A DNA stretch of 32,000 nt, from the NCBI RefSeq assembly GCF_001598795.1, contig NZ_BCZP01000003.1:210001-242000 (forward strand), written 5' to 3'. The notes beneath the pieces were generated by a model. That model saw only the letters and a program-made list of their open reading frames with translations. It did no database searches and was not told the DNA's origin. The stretch comes from Delftia acidovorans NBRC 14950. Its GTDB lineage: Bacteria > Pseudomonadota > Gammaproteobacteria > Burkholderiales > Burkholderiaceae_C. Of this stretch, positions 9,430 through 15,807 are shown in pieces. How positions within the stretch are numbered: the first letter of the stretch is position 1; every line of letters begins with the position of its first letter. The position numbers were made by a program, and so were the translations under genes.

Positions 9430-9500
9430 GCTAGATATCTTGATGGCCGCAAGACCATCGCCCATATTTTCGTATCAGTTGCCTGTGGCATCGAACGCCA

Positions 9501-9599
9501 CCCTTGCAAGTAGCGCACCCCCACCAAGGGACACCGAGCAAGGGCCGCCCCGCAGCGAGGGTGTCGTCCCCCTCCCCCGCGAAGCGGGTAGAGAGGGGG
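9501..9599. repeat. REP-like cluster of nested or alternative GC-rich hairpins in the ispA-dxs spacer
   Basis: CCCTTGC(9501-9507)/GCAAGGG(9538-9544). GACACC(9530-9535)/GGTGTC(9560-9565). CCCCCTC..CCCGC-GAA-GCGGG..GAGGGGG (9568-9599). Shares the string ACGCyACCCTTGC with the 90-bp repeat. Confidence 0.45.
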
Positions 9600-9632
9600 A
9601 AGGCGCGAAGCGACTCAGGGGGTGCTTCATTG

Positions 9633-10583
9633 TCAGTGAGTACGGCTCACGACCATGTCGGCCAGTGCCGCCAGGGCCCGCGTGTCCGGCAGGCCGCTGC
9701 GCGCCAGCGCCGCGTGCGCCAGGGCGCACAGCTCGTCGGCATGGGCGCGGGCCTGGTCCAGGCCCAGCAGCGAGACGTAGGTCGGCTTGTCGTTGGCCGC
9801 GTCCTTGCCGGCCGTCTTGCCCAGGGTGGCCGAGTCGGCCACCACGTCGAGGATGTCATCCACCACCTGGAAGGCCACGCCCAGCGCCTGCCCGTAGTCG
9901 GACAGCGCCTGCCAGGCCTGGGCATCCACGCCCTCCTTGCAGGCCGCTCCCATGAGCACGCTGGCATGCAGCAGGGCGCCGGTCTTGAGGCGGTGCATCT
10001 CGCGCAGCTGGGCCTCGCTCAGTTGCAGGCCCACGCTGGCCAGGTCGATGGCCTGGCCACCGGCCATGCCCTGCGCGCCTGCGGCACGGCCCAGCAGCCG
10101 GCACAGCCGCGCCTGCAGGGCGTCCGGCATGCTGCCGGCCTGATCGGGCTCGGGAACGAGCAGCTCGAAAGCCAGCGCCTGCAGCGCATCGCCAGCCAGC
10201 AGGGCCGAGGCTTCGCCGAACTGCACATGCACCGTGGGCTTGCCACGGCGCAGCACGTCGTTGTCCATGCAGGGCATGTCGTCGTGCACCAGCGAATAGG
10301 CATGGATCAGCTCCACCGCGCAGCCGGCGCGCACGGCGGCGGGCTGCAGGCCATCCACGGCCTCGGCGGCGGCCCAGACCAGCAGCGGGCGCAGGCGCTT
10401 GCCGCCATCGAGCACGGCGTAGCGCATGGCCTCGCCCAGGCCCGCAGGCGCATCCACGCCCACCCATTGCGACAGCGCGCTTTCGGTGCGCGCCAGGCGA
10501 TCGGTCATCCAGCAGGGGAAATCCAGCGCGCCGGGGCCGGCCGGCTGGGAAACATCGGAAGCGCAAGTCATCACGGCACTCAT
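9633..10583 (-). CDS. ispA: Farnesyl diphosphate synthase / (2E,6E)-farnesyl-diphosphate synthase
   Basis: Polyprenyl synthase motifs GGKRLRPLL, first Asp-rich motif LVHDDMPCMDND and second motif FQVVDDILD. Start uncertain: ATG at 10583 (8 nt after the xseB stop) chosen; ATG at 10571 or the GTG at 10607 (overlapping xseB) are also possible. Confidence 0.93.
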   Translation of the reverse strand: MSAVMTCASDVSQPAGPGALDFPCWMTDRLARTESALSQWVGVDAPAGLGEAMRYAVLDGGKRLRPLLVWAAAEAVDGLQPAAVRAGCAVELIHAYSLVHDDMPCMDNDVLRRGKPTVHVQFGEASALLAGDALQALAFELLVPEPDQAGSMPDALQARLCRLLGRAAGAQGMAGGQAIDLASVGLQLSEAQLREMHRLKTGALLHASVLMGAACKEGVDAQAWQALSDYGQALGVAFQVVDDILDVVADSATLGKTAGKDAANDKPTYVSLLGLDQARAHADELCALAHAALARSGLPDTRALAALADMVVSRTH

Positions 10584-10591
10584 GGCAATCT

Positions 10592-10828
10592 TCAATCCTG
10601 GCTCCACGGGGCCAGCGTCCCCTCGTCAAGCACCTTGACCTGTTCCTGCACCGCGTCGAGCTGGCCGCGGCAATAGCCGAGCAGCTGCGCCGCGCGCTGG
10701 TAGCCTGTCAGCATCTGCTCCAGAGGCAGCTGGCCCGACTCGATCTGCGCGATGAGCTGCTCCAGCTCCTGCAGCGCGGATTCGTAACTGTTGGGCTCGG
10801 CAAGAGCCTTGGGAGCAGCCTTGGGCAT
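10592..10828 (-). CDS. xseB: Exodeoxyribonuclease VII small subunit
   Basis: 78 aa with [30 protein letters not shown]...C...L, typical of XseB. Conserved xseB-ispA-dxs gene order. Confidence 0.92.
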   Translation of the reverse strand: MPKAAPKALAEPNSYESALQELEQLIAQIESGQLPLEQMLTGYQRAAQLLGYCRGQLDAVQEQVKVLDEGTLAPWSQD

Positions 10829-11168
10829 GGTGCGATGGCGGTGCGTTGTGGGGAACCGACGATTCTAGGCGCCCCTCCATGACCGTGCCGCCAATAACCG
10901 GACAGCCCTTGACAGGCGGCATCCGGCGCGCGCAATACACGTACCGGGCATCCGGAAATAACCCCACGGGCTATAATCCCATTCCCCGTCAAACCGGCCC
11001 CTTGCCTGGGCATACGGTCGGGCTCATCGACAAGAGACAGCGCCTCGGGCGCCGCTTCTTTTCACGTCGTGAAGCCTGCCTCCATGTCCAGGAACGGCCG
11101 GTTTTGCTTTTTCCAATCCCGTGCGCACGCGCACCCTCCCTGTGGGGAGTCTTTAGGTCAGGTCACCC

Positions 11169-12311
11169 ATGTCTGATTTAAGTCTTCAACTGCAGCAGGC
11201 CGCAAGCCAACTACCAGTTTCCAGTTACTTCGACCCTGCGTTGTTCCAGCGCGAGTTGGAGACCATCTTTCAACGCGGCCCGCGCTACGTGGGCCACCAA
11301 CTGGCCGTTCCCGAGATAGGCGACTACTACGCCCTGCCCCAGGAAAAGGAAGGCCGCGCTCTGGTGCGCAATGCCAGGGGGCAGGTGGAGTTGATCTCCA
11401 ACGTCTGCCGCCACCGCCAGGCCGTGATGCTCAAGGGCCGGGGCAATCTGATGACCGAAGGCAAGGGCCATGCGGGGGGCAACATCGTCTGCCCGCTGCA
11501 CCGCTGGACCTACAGCACCAGCGGCGAGCTGCTGGGCGCACCGCACTTCAGCCACGATCCCTGCCTGAACCTGAACAACTACCGGCTGCGCGAGTGGAAC
11601 GGCCTGCTGTTCGAGGACAACGGCCGCGACATCGAGTCCGACCTGGCCGGCATGAAGCTGCGCGAGCAGCTGAGCTTCGAGGGCTTCGTGCTCGACCATG
11701 TCGAGATGCACGAGTGCAACTACAACTGGAAGACCTTCATCGAGGTCTACCTCGAGGACTACCACGTGGGCCCCTTCCACCCGGGCCTGGGCAACTTCGT
11801 GACCTGCGACGACCTGCAGTGGGAGTTTGCCAAGGAGTACTCGGTTCAGACCGTGGGCGTGGCGCCCGGCTTTGCCCAGCCCGGCTCGGACACCTACAGG
11901 AAGTGGCACGACGTGCTGCTGGCCTACCGCAACGGCGAGCTGCCCGAACGCGGCGCGATCTGGCTGACCTACTACCCGCACATCATGGTGGAGTGGTATC
12001 CGCACGTGCTCACGGTCTCGACCCTGCACCCGCTGGCGGTGGACCGGACGCTGAACGTGGTCGAGTTCTACTACCCCGAAGAGATCGCGGCCTTCGAGCC
12101 CGAATTCGTGCAGGCGCAAAAGGCCGCCTACATGGAGACCTGCATCGAGGACGACGAGATCGGCGAGCGCATGGACGCCGGCCGCAGGGCACTGTATGAG
12201 CGCGGCGACAACGAGGTCGGCCCCTACCAGAGCCCCATGGAAGACGGCATGCAGCACTTCCATGAGTGGTATCGCGGCGTGATGGGTGACGCAGCAGTCC
12301 CCGCACGCTGA
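11169..12311 (+). CDS. Rieske (2Fe-2S) non-heme iron oxygenase, alpha-subunit-like
   Basis: Rieske motif CRHRQAVM...(x)...CPLHRWTY and mononuclear-iron motif EVYLEDYHVGPFH (D-x2-H-x4-H). 380 aa. Confidence 0.88.
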   Translation: MSDLSLQLQQAASQLPVSSYFDPALFQRELETIFQRGPRYVGHQLAVPEIGDYYALPQEKEGRALVRNARGQVELISNVCRHRQAVMLKGRGNLMTEGKGHAGGNIVCPLHRWTYSTSGELLGAPHFSHDPCLNLNNYRLREWNGLLFEDNGRDIESDLAGMKLREQLSFEGFVLDHVEMHECNYNWKTFIEVYLEDYHVGPFHPGLGNFVTCDDLQWEFAKEYSVQTVGVAPGFAQPGSDTYRKWHDVLLAYRNGELPERGAIWLTYYPHIMVEWYPHVLTVSTLHPLAVDRTLNVVEFYYPEEIAAFEPEFVQAQKAAYMETCIEDDEIGERMDAGRRALYERGDNEVGPYQSPMEDGMQHFHEWYRGVMGDAAVPAR

Positions 12312-12328
12312 TCTGCTCCCGCTCTCCC

Positions 12329-12354
12329 GACGGCCCGCATTCGTGCGGGCCGTC
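12329..12354 (+). terminator. Hairpin terminator candidate after the Rieske oxygenase gene
   Basis: GACGGCCCGCA-TTCG-TGCGGGCCGTC (11-bp stem), 18 nt after the stop. Only a weak U-tract follows (TGCATT). Confidence 0.5.
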
Positions 12355-12634
12355 TGCATTAGGCCGCTGGCATTGGGCCGTCTGCATTGAGCGGCAGGCC
12401 TGCTGCCCAGCTCCTCTGAATGCAAGCGCCCTGATGTGCCCAATGGGCAGGGCTGGCGGCGGCAATGCATCCCGAGGCAAGTCCAATGTCTTGGCTTATG
12501 CAATACAGTTCCTTGCGCGTGTCCCTGCCACGGCCCTGGGCCGTACGCAGCCAGGCGGCATGCGCCAAAAACAAAACCCAACCCTTTTCTCGTCCAGCGC
12601 CGCGGTCCTTGTGCGGCTCTATCCGGTCATTTAT

Positions 12635-13540
12635 ATGCAAGCCCTGTGGATGGTGGCGGCCGCATTCGTTTTTGCGGTCATGAGTGTGTGTGTGAAGTTC
12701 GCCTCCCAGGATTTCAACGCGGCGGAAATCGTCTTCTACCGCGGGCTGGTCAGCATGGTGGCGCTGTGGTGGCTGGCGCGCCACCAGGGCATCTCGCTGG
12801 CCACGCGCTATCCGCGCGAGCATGCCTGGCGCAGCTTCGTGGGCGTGACGTCCATGGGCGCCTGGTTCTACTCCATCGGCCATCTGCCGCTGGCCACGGC
12901 GGCCACGTTCAACTCCATGAGCAGCATCTGGATGGCGGTCTTTCTGATCGGCCAGGGCCTGCTGCTGCGCCACCAGCTGCGCCGCCAGCCCGAATCGCAT
13001 GCGCTGCGCGCGCTGCCGCCGTTTCCCTGGAGCCTGGTCGCCACCGTGGCCCTGGGCTTCGTGGGCGTGATCCTGGTGCTGCGCCCCAGCGCGGCGCCGC
13101 AGGAATTCGTGGCCAGCGCGGGCGGCCTGATCGGCGGGGTGTTCGCCGCCATGGCCTATATGCAGGTGGCCACGCTGTCGCGCATGGGCGAGCCCGAGGC
13201 GCGCGTGGTCTTCTACTTCGCACTGGGCTCGGCCGTGGCCGGTGCCCTGGCCATGTGCTTCACGGGCGTGTCCGCCTGGCCGGGCTGGCGCGCGCTGTGG
13301 CTGCTGCCCGTGGGCGTGCTGGCCGCCGTGGCCCAGGTCTGCATGACGGCGGCCTACGCCTCGGCCAGCAACAGCCGCAACACCCTGGTCGTGGCCAACC
13401 TGCAGTATTCGGGCATCGTCTTCGCGGCCCTGCTGAGCCTGGCGATGTTCGGCGAAAGCGTGCCGCTGATCGGCTGGGCCGGCATTGGCCTGATCGTGGC
13501 CAGCGGCGCCCTGGCCACGGCCCTGCGTTCGCGCGGCTGA
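12635..13540 (+). CDS. EamA/DMT-superfamily transporter (10-TM drug/metabolite exporter type)
   Basis: 301 codons, two repeated 5-helix halves, begins MQALWMVAAAFVFAVMSVCVKFAS. Start uncertain: the ATG at 12560 is an alternative, and the track ORF begins at 12434. Confidence 0.8.
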   Translation: MQALWMVAAAFVFAVMSVCVKFASQDFNAAEIVFYRGLVSMVALWWLARHQGISLATRYPREHAWRSFVGVTSMGAWFYSIGHLPLATAATFNSMSSIWMAVFLIGQGLLLRHQLRRQPESHALRALPPFPWSLVATVALGFVGVILVLRPSAAPQEFVASAGGLIGGVFAAMAYMQVATLSRMGEPEARVVFYFALGSAVAGALAMCFTGVSAWPGWRALWLLPVGVLAAVAQVCMTAAYASASNSRNTLVVANLQYSGIVFAALLSLAMFGESVPLIGWAGIGLIVASGALATALRSRG

Positions 13541-13633
13541 CGCCGCCGGCCCGCCTGGGGCCGTCGCATAATGGATCGGATCTTTTGCCGCAGGCGCACC
13601 ACCGCCTGCACAGGCCTTCGGAGTTCCGCATCC

Positions 13634-14539
13634 ATGACTTCCAACACCTCCTACCAGACCCTGATCTCCGTCCAGGAGCTGGCCGCGCTGCAGGCCAGCG
13701 GCCGTCCGCTGATGGTCTTCGACTGCAGCTTCGACCTGACCCAGCCTGCGGCCGGCAAGGCCCAGTACCTGCAGGCCCATGTTCCAGGCGCCGTCTTCGC
13801 CGATCTGGACCATGACCTCAGCGCAAAACACGGCGTGCCCGGCGCCCATGGCAGCGTGGCGGCCAGCGAGCAGGCCGCCTCGGGCGGCCGCCACCCGCTG
13901 CCCAACCGCGAACGCTTTGCCGTGTGGCTGTCCAGCATCGGTTTTTCCAACGACATGCAGGCCGTGGTCTATGACCGCAACGGTGCCAACCACTGCGGGC
14001 GCCTGTGGTGGATGCTGCAATGGGCCGGCCATGGCGATGTGGCCGTGCTCGACGGAGGTCTCCAGGCCTGGCAGGCCGCAGGCCAGCCCGTGGCATCGGG
14101 CGAGGAAAGCGCGCGCTTCCAGTCCAACTTCGAGCTGCGCGAGCCGCTGCAGCAACTGGCAACGGCGCAGCAGGTGCTCGATGCACTGGGCAGCGCAGGC
14201 CAGACCGTGGTCGATGCTCGCGCCCCGGCCCGCTACCGCGGGGAGGTCGAGCCGCTGGACCCTGTGGCCGGCCACATCCCAGGCGCGCTCAACCGGCCCT
14301 TCACCGAGAACATCGCCGCCGACGGCCGCTTCAAGCCTGCCGCCCTGCTGCGCGCGGAGTTCGAACAGCTGCTGGCAGGCCGCGATCCGGCCAGCGTGGT
14401 GCACCAGTGCGGCAGCGGCGTGAGCGCGCTGCCCAACCTGCTGGCCATGCGCATTGCGGGACTGCCGCCTGCAAGGCTGTTCGCGGGCAGCTGGAGCGAG
14501 TGGTGCAGTGACCCGAAGAGGCCGGTGGAGCGCGGCTAA
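13634..14539 (+). CDS. sseA: Two-domain rhodanese, 3-mercaptopyruvate sulfurtransferase type
   Basis: Tandem rhodanese domains. Active-site loop HQCGSGVSA (CG[ST]GV type characteristic of 3-MST/SseA). GHIPGA motif. GGAG lies 10 nt upstream of the ATG at 13634. Confidence 0.85.
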   Translation: MTSNTSYQTLISVQELAALQASGRPLMVFDCSFDLTQPAAGKAQYLQAHVPGAVFADLDHDLSAKHGVPGAHGSVAASEQAASGGRHPLPNRERFAVWLSSIGFSNDMQAVVYDRNGANHCGRLWWMLQWAGHGDVAVLDGGLQAWQAAGQPVASGEESARFQSNFELREPLQQLATAQQVLDALGSAGQTVVDARAPARYRGEVEPLDPVAGHIPGALNRPFTENIAADGRFKPAALLRAEFEQLLAGRDPASVVHQCGSGVSALPNLLAMRIAGLPPARLFAGSWSEWCSDPKRPVERG

Positions 14540-14859
14540 TTCGGCTTATGCCTCCCCTTGGGGAGGCTGCACAATGACAGCACTGTGTCAAAAGGCCGAC
14601 ATGCAACAACGCCACTGCAGCGGCCTGCTCCCAAGCCCCCAGACGGCCTGGCCTGAGCGAAATCGAGTCATCCAAACCTTGCTACAGGTGTAAGGTAAAT
14701 CTTACAAACGCCGTCTCACAACCAGACATCCGGCGCAGACCTGCCCCGACTTCAACGGCGAAGGGCCCTCCTCCACAATCCATCTCAACAGATCGCAACA
14801 GGTTGAACATCTTGTTTCTACCCGGGCGTTGCGGCTGCCGAGATGCAAAGGATGGTCCT
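14540..14859 (+). promoter_or_regulatory. flhDC upstream/leader region (320 bp, non-coding)
   Basis: Long non-coding stretch ahead of flhD, lower in GC around 14680-14720. Begins with the hairpin GCCTCCCC-TT-GGGGAGGC (14551-14568) just after the sulfurtransferase gene. Promoter elements not confidently identified. Confidence 0.4.
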
Positions 14860-15186
14860 ATGAACAATGAACAGCTGCTTGCCGAAATCCGCGAAGCCAA
14901 CCTCACTTACCTGATGCTGGCCCAGACCCTGATCCGCCAGGACAAGGCCGAAGCGGTGTTCCGCCTGGGACTGAACGAAGAATCGTGCGACCTGCTGGCC
15001 GCACTGTCGGCAGCCCAGGTGCTGAAGCTGGCCTCGCGCAACACCTTGCTCGCCAGCTTCCGGGTCGACGACGAAATGGTCTGGAGCTTGCTGACCAACC
15101 ACAGCAGCAACAAGATCGGCAACGGTGCGACCAACACGCTGCACGCCAACATCCTGATGGCCAGCCGCGTCTCCGAAGTCCTCTGA
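14860..15186 (+). CDS. flhD: Flagellar master regulator FlhD
   Basis: 108 aa. LLAEIREANLTYLMLAQTLIRQDKAEAVFRLGLNEE aligns with E. coli FlhD ([36 protein letters not shown]). Confidence 0.95.
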   Translation: MNNEQLLAEIREANLTYLMLAQTLIRQDKAEAVFRLGLNEESCDLLAALSAAQVLKLASRNTLLASFRVDDEMVWSLLTNHSSNKIGNGATNTLHANILMASRVSEVL

Positions 15187-15213
15187 TCCGCCTGAAGAAC
15201 TCTGGAGCCCGCC

Positions 15214-15756
15214 ATGTCCACCCCCGCCAAAAGTGTCCTGAACGAGTCCAAGCAGATCGAGCGCGCCGCCATGCTCATCGAGATGGGTGCACGCATGCAG
15301 GTGCTCGAATCCGAGACCACGCTGTCCTACGAGCGCCTGATCCGCCTGTACAAGGAGATCGCCGGCAAGTCGCCTTCCAAGGGCCAGTTGCCGTTCTCGA
15401 CCGACTGGTTCCTGACCTGGCAGGAGAACATCCACAGTTCGCTGTTCCTGAATATCTACGAATACCTGTCCAAGGGCGCCGAGCTGGATGCCGTTGAACA
15501 ATTGACCAAGGCCTACCGTCTCTATACCGAGCAGATCCAGGCCGCCGAGCTGGAAGCGCTGCTGTCCTTCACCCGCGCATGGCGCCTGGTGAAGTTCGTC
15601 GATGCGCAGATGCTGACCCGCACCCAGTGCACGGTGTGCAAGGGCCAGTTCGTGACCGAGCCCTACGAGAACGAGCGCCACTACCAGTGCGGCCTGTGCA
15701 ATCCGCCCGCACGCGCCGGCAAGAGCAAGAGCGCCGGCTCGCTGATGCTGCACTGA
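15214..15756 (+). CDS. flhC: Flagellar master regulator FlhC
   Basis: 180 aa. GARMQVLESETTLSYERLIRLYKEI and KGQLPFSTDWFLTWQENIH align with E. coli FlhC. Zn-binding cysteines C..C...(x)...C..C are present (CTVCKG...CGLCNPP). Confidence 0.95.
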   Translation: MSTPAKSVLNESKQIERAAMLIEMGARMQVLESETTLSYERLIRLYKEIAGKSPSKGQLPFSTDWFLTWQENIHSSLFLNIYEYLSKGAELDAVEQLTKAYRLYTEQIQAAELEALLSFTRAWRLVKFVDAQMLTRTQCTVCKGQFVTEPYENERHYQCGLCNPPARAGKSKSAGSLMLH

Positions 15757-15769
15757 TGATCTGCACTGC

Positions 15770-15787
15770 GCATCGCACCCGCGATGC
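15770..15787. terminator. Shared hairpin in the 51-bp convergent gap between flhC and the EIIC-EAL gene
   Basis: GCATCGC-ACCC-GCGATGC (7-bp stem). No U-tract on either strand, so terminator function is uncertain. Confidence 0.3.
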
Positions 15788-15807
15788 CGCCACAGGAATC
15801 CAGGAAT

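Noticed and set aside
12359-14404. 681-aa minus-strand ORF, and the 459-aa ORF at 12436-13815 (+).
   Set aside because: Antisense to, or out of frame with, the EamA transporter and rhodanese genes, which have clear family signatures.
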